DNA of 64,000 nucleotides from Longimicrobiales bacterium (lineage in GTDB: Bacteria > Gemmatimonadota > Gemmatimonadetes > Longimicrobiales > Gaopeijiaceae): NCBI GenBank assembly GCA_965219445.1, contig CBDCNQ010000003.1, positions 96,001 through 160,000 of the forward strand, in the 5' to 3' direction. This document shows positions 29,942-39,670 of the stretch, piece after piece (position 1 is the stretch's first letter; each line of letters begins with the position of its first letter). The notes beneath the pieces were generated by a model. That model worked only from the letters and a program-made list of their open reading frames with translations, searched no databases and was not told the DNA's origin. The position numbers and the translations under genes were made by a program.

Positions 29942-31030
29942 TCAAAGCACGGCCCCTTCGGCCTGTTCCTTTTCGAGCCGGAGCTGCGCTGCCCGGGCGC
30001 ATCCCTGCATGACCTGGAAGTAGCGCTGCACCCACTCCTCCCCGACTTCATAGGGGTGGGGGCCGTCCCCACGCGCGGCGAGCATCCGGTTCCGGTTGAC
30101 CGCGTTGTCGAACTCGGAGTGGTTCGAGAGGAGCACGGTCGCCCCAGTGGCGGCGGCCTGCTCGGCGATATGCTGCTGTGACTCTATATAGCTCTGGAAG
30201 TTTTCGATGCCCGGATCCGGCGTGTTATTCACGAAGTTGAAAGCGGTGCCGCCCGAGTAGGCCACGTTCACCGGGCTACCCTCGTCGAAGACGGTGAATG
30301 TGTACGACAGGGTGCCGGGCGTGTGTCCAGGGGTCTCCCAGATCGTGACGGTGGTGTTGCCGAGCGTGAGCTCCATGCCGTCGGTCCCCGCGATCCCACG
30401 CGTCGGGGCCATGGTGGCATAACGGTTCGGGTAGGTCTCTACGAGGTCCCAGTCCGCACCGCCCATGACCACCTGGGCACCGTACCGGTCCTGCAGGATT
30501 TGAGCACCACCGATGTGGTCACCATGGGCGTGGGAGATGATGACGTATCGGATGTCTTCGGGATCGAGGCCGAGCCGTTCCAGCCCGCCGATGATCAATT
30601 CCTCGGAGTTATACGGGTAGACCGTGTCGATGATGATGATGCCTTCGCTCGTAGTCAGGGCCCACGACGTGTGAATCTTGCCGCCGACGAAGTAGAGATT
30701 GTCGAAGACTTTGGCGGCGTCCGCGTACCAGAGCTCGCACGCGGGAATGTTGGTGGGGTCTCTGACGTAACGTGGCAGGTTGTCGCTGGTGTTTACACCG
30801 CCACTCGCCGGAAGCAGACAGATCCGGTTCAGTGTCCCGAGGAACTCGAAACCCGCCGCACTCTTGGCCGATCGTAGTGCGGCTTCAATCTCCGTGTCGA
30901 AGTCCCTTGGAGGTGGGTTGTTCTGCGCGACCCCTCTTGTAGGAGCTGAGCCGGCGATGATCGAGATGGTTACAAGGGTCCTCACCATACGCAAACTCAT
31001 CATGCTTCTCCTCGACATCGCCCACGCCAA
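29942..31030 (-). CDS. Secreted metallo-beta-lactamase-fold hydrolase (subclass B3-like)
   Basis: VFDNLYFVG, HAHGDHIGG, TPGHTPG, SNH; start may be downstream. Confidence 0.85.
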   Translation of the reverse strand: MAWAMSRRSMMSLRMVRTLVTISIIAGSAPTRGVAQNNPPPRDFDTEIEAALRSAKSAAGFEFLGTLNRICLLPASGGVNTSDNLPRYVRDPTNIPACELWYADAAKVFDNLYFVGGKIHTSWALTTSEGIIIIDTVYPYNSEELIIGGLERLGLDPEDIRYVIISHAHGDHIGGAQILQDRYGAQVVMGGADWDLVETYPNRYATMAPTRGIAGTDGMELTLGNTTVTIWETPGHTPGTLSYTFTVFDEGSPVNVAYSGGTAFNFVNNTPDPGIENFQSYIESQQHIAEQAAATGATVLLSNHSEFDNAVNRNRMLAARGDGPHPYEVGEEWVQRYFQVMQGCARAAQLRLEKEQAEGAVL

Positions 31031-31267
31031 CTGTGTTTGGCTCCGACGTCAACCTCGTGGGCCAGCTCGCTCCCAGCAAGATCGATCGCGGTCAGCTCCT
31101 CCCGTCTTTGAGAGGCCCGGATTCGAGTTGACAACGAGGAAAGCTACCCCAACAATCCATCGCTCGAATCAACCCACTTTGGAGATCCCCATGACGCTGC
31201 AGCCAATGTAGCAGCGGCCGCCCGAGGGCGCGTTGAAAGGCTTGCCCTGGCGGTATTGAAGGACAGC

Positions 31268-31519
31268 ATGGTGAACTTCGACATTTTCGGAACGCAAGAT
31301 GAGCTGGATGGCCACTTGGGCCCTGAGCTTAGTGACACGGAGTGGGTCTTCTGCCCGTACTGCGGGGAGTCGAGCGAGTTGCTAGTCGATCGGGCCGGCG
31401 GCGCGGTTCAGGAGTACGTCCATGACTGCGAGGTCTGCTGTCAGCCCTGGCTCGTGCGCGTGAAGGTCGACGGGGAAGGCTATGCCTCCGTTTCGGTGAC
31501 AACGCTCGACGACGAGTAG
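31268..31519 (+). CDS. CPXCG-motif cysteine-rich protein
   Basis: CPYCGE...QEYVHDCEVCCQP. Confidence 0.88.
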   Translation: MVNFDIFGTQDELDGHLGPELSDTEWVFCPYCGESSELLVDRAGGAVQEYVHDCEVCCQPWLVRVKVDGEGYASVSVTTLDDE

Positions 31520-31535
31520 CCGCACGCCAGTCGAA

Positions 31536-32327
31536 CTAGTCGGCCTCCAGTAGTCGATCCACGTCCTTTTCCGCCTCCAGGCGAAGCGCCTCGTCTGTGA
31601 GCCGCTGCAACTGCTCATCCCGGTCGTAGAGGGTCTCCAGCCACTCGGAGACGTCGTCGGACGGGATCTCATCAACGATCGCGGAATCGTCCGCGAACGA
31701 CGAGATATCGGCGAGGGCGTTCGCGGTCCGTCTCGCACTGATCCACTCCCGAATGCGGATGATGGTCACCGCGAGTCGAAACACCGACGGGTCCATCGCC
31801 TTCGTCTTTGCGGTGAAGAGCCCTTCGTACCCCGGCATGCCCGCCTTCCATCGCTTGTTCAGCGCCGAGCCAGCCCTCGTGTATCGGTAGAGCTCCTGGT
31901 CGATGGCCGCCAGCTGGGCATCATTGAGGTTCTCGTCTGCAAGACGCAGGGCAACCGGAACCCAGCCGTTCTGCCAACGCGCGACTTCGATTTCTTTCAA
32001 ACGCTGCAGAGCCGGCTGGGCCTTTCGACTTATCTGCTCTCCTCCCTTCTCGATGGCCGCCCTCTGGTCCGGTGTCAATTTCGGCTTGTGATAGCCCGTC
32101 AAATCCCCCTCCAGGGTCGCGAGCTTCTGCCATTCATTCTGCACTTTGTCGATGACCTTCCAGACCTCGGCTTCGGCGGGACGTAGCGATCGGCCCCGCG
32201 GTGAGATTCTGAGGTACACGAGCACACGACCCCACAGACTGGTCGGCAATCCGCAGCCAGGGCAGTATTCCTTGCCAATCGAGATGTTGAAGTCGCAGCG
32301 CCAGCTGCGACACCTCCTGTAACCCAT
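31536..32327 (-). CDS. Hypothetical protein: zinc ribbon plus helical domain
   Basis: ATG 32327 with GGGGGA RBS; C-x4-C...CPGCG, then helical sequence. Confidence 0.6.
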   Translation of the reverse strand: MGYRRCRSWRCDFNISIGKEYCPGCGLPTSLWGRVLVYLRISPRGRSLRPAEAEVWKVIDKVQNEWQKLATLEGDLTGYHKPKLTPDQRAAIEKGGEQISRKAQPALQRLKEIEVARWQNGWVPVALRLADENLNDAQLAAIDQELYRYTRAGSALNKRWKAGMPGYEGLFTAKTKAMDPSVFRLAVTIIRIREWISARRTANALADISSFADDSAIVDEIPSDDVSEWLETLYDRDEQLQRLTDEALRLEAEKDVDRLLEAD

Positions 32328-32348
32328 CGCGTCCCCCCTGGCGATGCG

Positions 32349-32423
32349 ACCCTCGCCCAACTCACGCTCGATCGCGTAGCGGCCTTCGAGGGGCGCGTTG
32401 CGGCGGGATGTGGTATCGGGCAT
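32349..32423 (-). pseudogene. N-terminal remnant of a Ser/Thr protein kinase
   Basis: MPDTTSRRNAPLEGRYAIERELGEG stops inside the Gly-rich loop. Confidence 0.7.
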
Positions 32424-32467
32424 GGCGGACAAGATGGGTTTAAGGGGTGTGCGGCTGCAAGCGCGGC

Positions 32468-32932
32468 CTATTGGAACTCTACCTCCGTAGTGATCTCGAT
32501 CGCTCCCTTGAGGCTCCTGGCTATCGGACACCTGTCTGCGTGCACTTCCAGCACCCGAGCCACGGTCTCGTGCGCCTCCTCGGGCACACTAAGTCTGTAC
32601 CTCACATGGATCCGACGCAGGACGAGGACACCGCCGTCCTTCTCGACTTCACCCACCACCTCGCCGATGAGATCCTCGGGGGTAATCTTTATCTCGCGCG
32701 CTCCCAGCGCGCCGGCAAATGTGCCTGTGAGTCAGCCGCCAGTAGCCGCAACCACGTAGTCGATGGTGGTCGCATGCGGCTCGATCCCCTTCATGTCGGT
32801 GCCATAGTGCTCCGCGATCGCCCCGTGAACACCGAAGAGGACGGGCTCGCTCTCCGCCGGCAGGGTGGCCGAGCGCGTGGGGCCTCCCAAGCGGCGTATC
32901 TCGACTCGGGACTCGTAGGCGACTTCTGACAT
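32468..32932 (-). CDS. OsmC-like protein with in-frame TGA, probable selenocysteine
   Basis: Two same-frame ORFs joined by TGA 32732-32734: DYVVAATGG-U-LTGTF...HADRCPIARSL; AAGGAG RBS. Confidence 0.85.
32696..32712 (-). promoter_or_regulatory. Putative bacterial SECIS hairpin
   Basis: GCGCGCT-GGG-AGCGCGC begins 19 nt 3' of the UGA; G-rich apical loop. Confidence 0.65.
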
Positions 32933-33190
32933 GTCCATCTCCTTGCAAGGCGAAGTAGGATCGAACCGTAAGTAAAAGGAACGTTGATTCAGGCGGAAGG
33001 ATATCGCGCGACCCTGGACCGAGTCCACAGCCATCCACTTCTACTCCTAGCAAGTGCCGGCGGAAGTGAGCACGAGCGAATTTACGGATGAGTCACTATT
33101 ATGCTCCCACAGCTTTGGGAGCACGACTCAGCGCGTGTCCACTCGCGTTGGTCTATCCGTCGCTCATCCGTTGCCAAGAAAGGATCGGAT

Positions 33191-33988
33191 ATGTTGCACA
33201 AGAATCTTCCCTTGGGAGTCATGGGGGTCCTCATCGCCGGGTTGACGGGTGGCTTGGCCACCGGCCTTGCCGCGCAGGCGAACCCCTTCACCGACGTACC
33301 GGACGTGCGAGCCGGCCAGCAGCTGTTCGACAGACAATGCTCGGTCTGCCACGGCGAGGGCGCGGCGGGCGGAGAGGTTGGTCCGGATTTGACGACCGGT
33401 GATTTTCGGCGCGCGAGCACCGACGCTGGCCTGTTCAACGTGATCTCGGAGGGCATACCGAACACCGCGATGATGGGGCTCAATGCGACGTGGACCGATC
33501 AGTCCGTCTGGCAGATGGTGGCATACCTCCGCTCCGTGTCGGGCGGCGTGCGCGTTGCGGTGGCCGGCAACGCCTCGGCTGGGGAGCGTCTGTTTCGCGG
33601 GAGGGGCGACTGCAGCGGTTGCCATGTGATCGACGGCGAGGGTGGCCGACAGGGCCCCGAGCTTTCGACCATCGGCGATCGCCGTTCACCCGACGAGCTC
33701 CTCTCGGATCTGGTCGATCCCGATGAAAGTGTGCAGCCGCGCTGGTGGACCATGCGTGTGACGCATCGGGCCGGCACGCGGGTCGAGGGCCTGAGGATGA
33801 ACGAGGGCACGTACTCGGTCAGAATCCTCGATGCGGACGACAACCTGTGGTCGTTTCTGAAACGAGACCTGCGCGAGAGCGAACGCATAGAGACGTCGTC
33901 CATGCCCGCCTACGCGGGCACGTTGACCGAGGGCGAACTGGAAGATCTCGTCGCGTATCTGTATGGGTTGACCAGGCGAGACCCGTGA
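33191..33988 (+). CDS. Diheme cytochrome c with PVC-type heme-binding domain
   Basis: CSVCH, CSGCH, GPELS.IG, SSMP; directly upstream of a PQQ dehydrogenase. Confidence 0.85.
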   Translation: MLHKNLPLGVMGVLIAGLTGGLATGLAAQANPFTDVPDVRAGQQLFDRQCSVCHGEGAAGGEVGPDLTTGDFRRASTDAGLFNVISEGIPNTAMMGLNATWTDQSVWQMVAYLRSVSGGVRVAVAGNASAGERLFRGRGDCSGCHVIDGEGGRQGPELSTIGDRRSPDELLSDLVDPDESVQPRWWTMRVTHRAGTRVEGLRMNEGTYSVRILDADDNLWSFLKRDLRESERIETSSMPAYAGTLTEGELEDLVAYLYGLTRRDP

Positions 33989-33995
33989 TCGTCCG

Positions 33996-34033
33996 CGCGA
34001 ACGGCTTTCAACGACGCGAACGGCTTTCAACGA
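33996..34033. repeat. Perfect 19-bp tandem duplication
   Basis: cgcgaacggctttcaacga x2, just upstream of the PQQ-DH RBS. Confidence 0.9.
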
Positions 34034-34047
34034 AAAGAGGGAGCGAG

Positions 34048-35700
34048 ATGATGAAACGGTATGCACTTTTCACCCTGTTGTTATTCGCGATCCCGGTGTC
34101 GGCTGCGCAGCAACCGTCGGGACAACCCGCGACCGATGCGATTGCGCCCGCCCCGTCGTTCGTCCCGGTGACCCACGAACGCCTGCTGAATTCCGATGCG
34201 GAGCCAGAGAACTGGCTCATGTACTCGGGCAACTACTTCAGTCAGCGCTACAGTAGGCTGAGCCAGATCGACAACGGGAACGCTGCGCAGCTCGAGATGC
34301 AGTGGGCGTTCCAGCTGGAGGCATTGGACCGAGCCGAGACGACACCCCTCGTCGTCGACGGTGTCATGTACGTGACCGAGTCGCCGAGCAACGTCATCGC
34401 GCTCGATGCACGCACCGGCAGTCAGTACTGGCGCTACAACCACGAGCTGCCCGAGGAGATGAATTACTGCTGCGGTCGGAACAACCGTGGCGTCGCGGTT
34501 CTGGGTGACCGGGTGTACATGACCACGCTGGACGCGCACATCGTCGCCCTCGATGCAAAGACCGGCAGCGTTCTCTGGGATACGGAAGTAGCCGACGAGG
34601 GAACCGGCTACAGCATCACCGGCGCGCCACTCATCGTCGGGGACAAGATCATGACAGGGGTCGGCGGTGGAGAATACGGGATACGCGGGTTCGTCGACGC
34701 GTATGAGGCCGGGACCGGGGAACTCGCGTGGCGACTCTATACCATCCCAGGCCCGGACCATCCTGACAACGTGACGTGGGCGGGTAACTCCTGGCGCACG
34801 GGAGGCTCATCGAGCTGGATGACCGGCTCGTACGATCCCGAGTTGAATCTGGTCTATTGGGGCACTGGCAATCCCGGCCCAGATTGGAACGGCGACGTCA
34901 GGATGGGCGACAACCTGTACTCCGACGCGGTGCTGGCCATCAACCCGGACACCGGTGAGATGGTGTGGTATTTCCAGTTCACGCCCCATGACGTTCATGA
35001 CTGGGACAGCACCCAGATTCCGATCCTTGCCGATTCCGAGTTCGACGGACGGCAGCGTAAGCTGATGCTCTGGCCGAATCGGAACGCGTTCTTCTACGTG
35101 CTCGACCGTGAGACGGGAGAATTCCTGCTCGGCGAGCCCTATGCCAGGCAAACGTGGGCGGAGGGTCTCGACGAAACGGGTCGACCGATCCGCATTCCGA
35201 ACACGTTCCCGAGCTTGGAAGGGACCACCGTATCGCCGTCCATCGGAGGTGGATCGAACTGGTGGTCTCCGAGCTACAGCCCCCGCACCGATCTCGTCTA
35301 CGTCATGGCGTACGACGGCGAGACCACCTACTTCATTCGCGACGAAGAATACGTGGCGGGTGAGCCGTTCCGCGGCGGGGGCGGACAGACACCCCTCCCG
35401 CAGGACCACTACGTGAGTGCCGTGCGGGCCATCTCGCCGCAAACCGCCGAGCGGGTGTGGGAGTATGAAGTGAAGGCGAGATCCACCGCCGGGGTGCTCT
35501 CTACCGCGGGTGACGTCGTCTTTAGCGGAACGATCGATGGCTTCTTCTTCGCGCTGGATGCCGAGACCGGAGAGGAACTCTGGCATATCAATGTCGGCTC
35601 ACGCGTACACGCTGCCCCGATGAGTTACATGGTCGACGGCAAGCAGTACGTGGCGGTCGCAGCGGGCAACGTCCTCTACACATTTGGACTGAGGGACTAG
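34048..35700 (+). CDS. PQQ-dependent alcohol dehydrogenase, methanol/ethanol family
   Basis: CCG..NRG vicinal disulfide, GGEYGIRG, WGTGNPGP, QFTPHDVHDWD. Confidence 0.92.
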   Translation: MMKRYALFTLLLFAIPVSAAQQPSGQPATDAIAPAPSFVPVTHERLLNSDAEPENWLMYSGNYFSQRYSRLSQIDNGNAAQLEMQWAFQLEALDRAETTPLVVDGVMYVTESPSNVIALDARTGSQYWRYNHELPEEMNYCCGRNNRGVAVLGDRVYMTTLDAHIVALDAKTGSVLWDTEVADEGTGYSITGAPLIVGDKIMTGVGGGEYGIRGFVDAYEAGTGELAWRLYTIPGPDHPDNVTWAGNSWRTGGSSSWMTGSYDPELNLVYWGTGNPGPDWNGDVRMGDNLYSDAVLAINPDTGEMVWYFQFTPHDVHDWDSTQIPILADSEFDGRQRKLMLWPNRNAFFYVLDRETGEFLLGEPYARQTWAEGLDETGRPIRIPNTFPSLEGTTVSPSIGGGSNWWSPSYSPRTDLVYVMAYDGETTYFIRDEEYVAGEPFRGGGGQTPLPQDHYVSAVRAISPQTAERVWEYEVKARSTAGVLSTAGDVVFSGTIDGFFFALDAETGEELWHINVGSRVHAAPMSYMVDGKQYVAVAAGNVLYTFGLRD

Positions 35701-35741
35701 CATCGGGGGGGTAGACCACGCGCGGAGCACCTTATCGCCGA

Positions 35742-36683
35742 TCAGTATCCCCTCGCGAGCATGACACCCAGGAAGGTGCCGGCAAGTCCGCCCCCGATCA
35801 TCTGCAACACCGCATTCGTAGCTAGAGGCCGTTCACCGCGATGAAGCATGGGGACGGTCACTCCGCTCAGGAGGCCGATACCGGCCCCAACGAGAACGTC
35901 CGACGGGAAGTGCTGACCGGCCTCGACCCGAAGCGTCGAGGTGGCACCCGCCAACACCCCCCCCAAGAAGCCGACACCAGCCCGCTCGACCCAGCCCGCT
36001 TGGGGCCGTTGCAGTAGGTGGGTCGTCATCCCCAACGCGGCCGCCGCCCAGGCCGACGATGAATGCCCTGACGGCATCGCTTCGAAGGTCCGCTCCGTCG
36101 AGACGTCGTAGCTGAGATGGTTCGGACGTTGACTCGCTGGTAGATAGGCGAATGGGCGGGCCCGGCCGACCGTTGTCTTGCCGAGCCACGTGAGACCCTG
36201 CGAGATGAGAATCGTCTCGGCGTAAACGAGGGTGCTGCGGCCGAAGCCGTGCCAACGCTCACCTTCTTGCCCGGTGGCAAGAGCCAACGCCAGCGGAAAG
36301 ACGAGGGAGGCGTTCCGTGTCCAGTCACTGGCCCGATCGGCCCTCCGGTTAAGGTTGCCTACGACATCTCGGTCCATGGACCATGCGATCTCGTTTGGAT
36401 CGAATCCCTGTGGCGGCACATCGAGCTGATCGACCGGGACCAGGAGCCCTGAGACCAGAAGCCCCGCGCCCCCTCCCGAGAGGGTGATCTCACGCCCTTT
36501 CCGAAGATCGGGATACGAGTAGCTGGGTTGGATCGAGAGTGAGTCGGTGCCGGGCGTCAGCTGTCCTCGCGCTACCGCGGGGACGCACACGGCGGGTAAC
36601 AACAGCGCCGTCCCGAGGTGTCGAACCGAGCGTGTGAATCGAGACGGCTCGTTCACTCGTTGCTTAATCTTCGTGAAGCGCAA
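35742..36683 (-). CDS. PAP2-family phosphatase
   Basis: K....R.RP, PSGHSS, R..AGQHFPSDV. Confidence 0.88.
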   Translation of the reverse strand: MRFTKIKQRVNEPSRFTRSVRHLGTALLLPAVCVPAVARGQLTPGTDSLSIQPSYSYPDLRKGREITLSGGGAGLLVSGLLVPVDQLDVPPQGFDPNEIAWSMDRDVVGNLNRRADRASDWTRNASLVFPLALALATGQEGERWHGFGRSTLVYAETILISQGLTWLGKTTVGRARPFAYLPASQRPNHLSYDVSTERTFEAMPSGHSSSAWAAAALGMTTHLLQRPQAGWVERAGVGFLGGVLAGATSTLRVEAGQHFPSDVLVGAGIGLLSGVTVPMLHRGERPLATNAVLQMIGGGLAGTFLGVMLARGY

Positions 36684-36713
36684 GCATGCCTCCGGGTGGT
36701 GGTGTGCGGTCCC

Positions 36714-39019
36714 TCAAAGCCTGAACAACCGATTGATCTTCACAACCAGACCGCGGTCGCGAAGCTGGGTGAAACGGTCGGGCGCCAGCGGGTCAGTGTC
36801 CCGGTCCTCAGAGTAGACCACGAAGAGTTCGCTCCCCGGACTGTACTCCCAGCGGAACCGGAGATTCGTGCTGAACGAGTCTTCACTGGAGCTGTACTGT
36901 AGCAGCCCGCTGAAGAACATCCGTGGCGTGAAGGTATACGTGAACCGTGTTCTGGCGAGTTGCGTCGTGAAGGAGCCCTCCGGCAGGTCCACCCAGTTGA
37001 ACGAGAGGCTCGGTTCGAGCGACAACTGAGGGGTGACCTCGACACGGCCACGGCTGAGGGACACTGCGGTGTTGTTCCCGGTCCAGAAGCCACCGGTTTG
37101 AACGGTGATCTGGCCGCTGACGGGCCGCTGCGCACCGAATCTGTACGACGCTCGGAAGTTCCTGAAGTCGTACCCCCCCACCGGAATCGTCACGCCGGGC
37201 GAGATGGTGAACGGGCTGGTCAGTAGCTCGTAGTGGTCATTGAAGAAGAAACTGAGTTGGTCACTGTTCTCGAACTCCGACCGAGTAGCAGCTGAGCGTC
37301 ACGTGTTTCGAGCTCTCCACGGTCGGCCGAGGCGATGTGGTCGAAGCTGCCGACCACCACGAAGCGCCTCACCAGATCGATCGATTGGGTTCGCGGACTG
37401 AACCGTGCCGAGGCTGAGTTCCGGCGGAAGTTGTCCCGGGGGACGAATCCGACTTCGGGGATGAACCTGTCCTCGACTACGAGGTAGCCGTAGCGCAGGC
37501 CGTAGCGATCTCCCACATAGTCGAAACGACCCTGGTAGCTGTTGTCCTTGCCGTTCCGTGCCGGGGTCTGCGTGTTCGCGAAGTATCCCGTGAGACTGAA
37601 ATCGTCATGAAAGGCGAGCCTGCCGTCGACACCATAGACCTGGCTGTCCCCGCCACCGACTAGCGACACGGAGCGGTTCGTGAAGATGCCGCCAACTGTA
37701 CTCCGACGCAGAATATCTCTCTTCACCCGGACGACCGTGAAGTTGGTCGACACCGCGCCCGAGGTCGCCTCATCTCCGGTCTGGATGTTGAGCACACCCA
37801 GGTCGAAGGGGCCGACCTTGCCGGTCATGCGGCCGCCGGCCGTGATCGGGATGATCTGCCCCCCTTCGAGACCGATGCGTCGGCTGAAGAAAACCGTCGG
37901 CACACCCTCTCCCCCGCGCCCACCATCACCCCGAGCGAATTCGAAATTTCCACGCCCCTCGAGGAAAAATTCACGCTTTTCAGGAAAGAAGAGACTGAAC
38001 CGAGTCAGGTTGACCTGCTGCTCATCGACTTCAACTTGGGCGAAGTCGGTGTTGAGCGTGAAGTCGGCGGTCAGGTTTTGGGTGAGGCGGTACTTCACGT
38101 CGAGTCCAGCGTCGGCCTCCCCGTCATTTTCGGTCGGCGGACTGGCGTTGAGATCGGTCCTCAACCCCGCGATCCCGTAGGGCTTGATCTCTGCGTCTAT
38201 ACTCAATGGAGGCACCTCGAGGCCCACGAGCGTGGCGGCCTCGGACACGCGCCAGAGTCCGGCGATCACGCTATTCCCGCGAGCCACGGAGATGGGCAGT
38301 GGTGTCAGGTAGGCCGCTTCGTTCCGACGACGAACGATGCGGCGCAGTTGAATGCCCCATATCTGAGTTTCGCCGGGTTGATACCGGAGCGACTTGAACG
38401 GGATCTCGATTTCGACAGTCCAGCCACCCTCGAACCGGCCGGTCCGCATGTCCCAGACAATATTCCAATCGGTGTTCACGTTCCCTTCGTTCGTAATCGC
38501 GAAGTCGGAGTATCCGCCAATCGGTGTCACTAAGAATGCCACTCCGTTCCGCCGGTCATGGAATGTGTCGAGGAGGAATGAGAACGAGTCGTTTTGCCTT
38601 AGCTGGCCGACGTCATGGCGCATTTCGTTCGCCACCCATTCGCTGGGCGGTGCCGACTCGAACGCTCGCGCCGTCACATATAGGCTGCTCTCGTCGAAGA
38701 ACACCCAAGCGTCTGTGCGCTCGCTACCGGGAGCCCCTTCGTCCGAGATCTGCTGGATGAAACCGGTGATCGGGAGCACGGTTTGATACACGATCTCGTC
38801 GAGCTGGCCATCCAGCCGGATCTCTTGGGTCAACCGGGTGGCACGCACTGTGGTCTTGCCTTCAGCGTCCCGGGCCACCACCTCCGGCGCTATGGGCATC
38901 GGCGAAACGACTTGGGCCGCGGCCGGCGCGCCGACCGCGAGGGTGAGGCTGAGAGTGAGGCACAGCGTTACGGATGTCAGTGACGGCTGGTCGAAGCAGC
39001 CTCCTGGTGCAGCGTTCAT
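36714..39019 (-). pseudogene. DUF5916 / CBM9-like protein split by a frameshift near 37285
   Basis: N-part has NTDFAQVEVD and FFPEKREFFLEG. It continues in another frame as SEFENSDQ...PVGGY...VKINRLFRL. ATG 39019 overlaps the lutC stop (ATGA). Confidence 0.8.
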
Positions 39020-39645
39020 GCAGGGGGTTCTTCCGCGTCCGCTCCGAGAATCGCGGCGATGATTCGACCCGGCCCATGAACTCCGGTCACCAGAATCTGG
39101 CCGATGTCGGCCGACTTGCTGGGGCCGGAGTGCAGAGCAAGGGTCGCCGGAAGCTCCTCGTGACACGCTTGTAGCGCCTCCCCCAACGTCGTGCGCACGT
39201 CTCGGGCGAGGACCCAGACGAGGTGGACCGGAGGGAGGATTTGGGATCGGCGGCCTTCCCTCGAGGAAAGAAGGAGCGAGCCGGTCTGAGCCGCGGCCCC
39301 AACCGCCGCCGACACGCCCAGCGCCGCTTCCGAGGGTGGAGCCGTCGGGAGCGCTGGCTGGAGAGCATCGGGTACTCCCACGCAGACGGACACGCTCTCG
39401 AATCCGCTCGCGAACTCTTCCAACCACCCGCGGGCGGCCTCCTCGTCGACGAGCCGGACGACCTCCCCCCCCGCTGCCCGAAGGCGATTCTCAAACGCCC
39501 CGACGGGGTCGGCGCTGCCCGCGGCCCCGAACGGCCCCGGTGGCTCTGCGGCCGTCGGAAGCGCACCGGGGTGCGAGACCGGTTCCTGATCCCGGTTCGC
39601 CTCCCTGACACGGCTCAGGATGCGCTCTCTCGGGTCTGGGCTCAC
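39016..39645 (-). CDS. lutC: Lactate utilization protein C (LUD domain)
   Basis: GTG start MSPDPRERILSRV; AQTGS, PPVHL, SGPSKSADI....GVHGP. Confidence 0.88.
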   Translation of the reverse strand: MSPDPRERILSRVREANRDQEPVSHPGALPTAAEPPGPFGAAGSADPVGAFENRLRAAGGEVVRLVDEEAARGWLEEFASGFESVSVCVGVPDALQPALPTAPPSEAALGVSAAVGAAAQTGSLLLSSREGRRSQILPPVHLVWVLARDVRTTLGEALQACHEELPATLALHSGPSKSADIGQILVTGVHGPGRIIAAILGADAEEPPA

Positions 39646-39670
39646 TCGATGAGCTCTCTCTCGTCTCTGC

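Noticed and set aside
29942..31030. Bona fide antibiotic-resistance beta-lactamase
   Set aside because: The HxHxDH fold alone does not establish beta-lactam activity
39020..39427. N-terminal extension of the 735-aa ORF
   Set aside because: It overlaps lutC in another frame; the real start is likely ATG 39019, followed by a signal peptide
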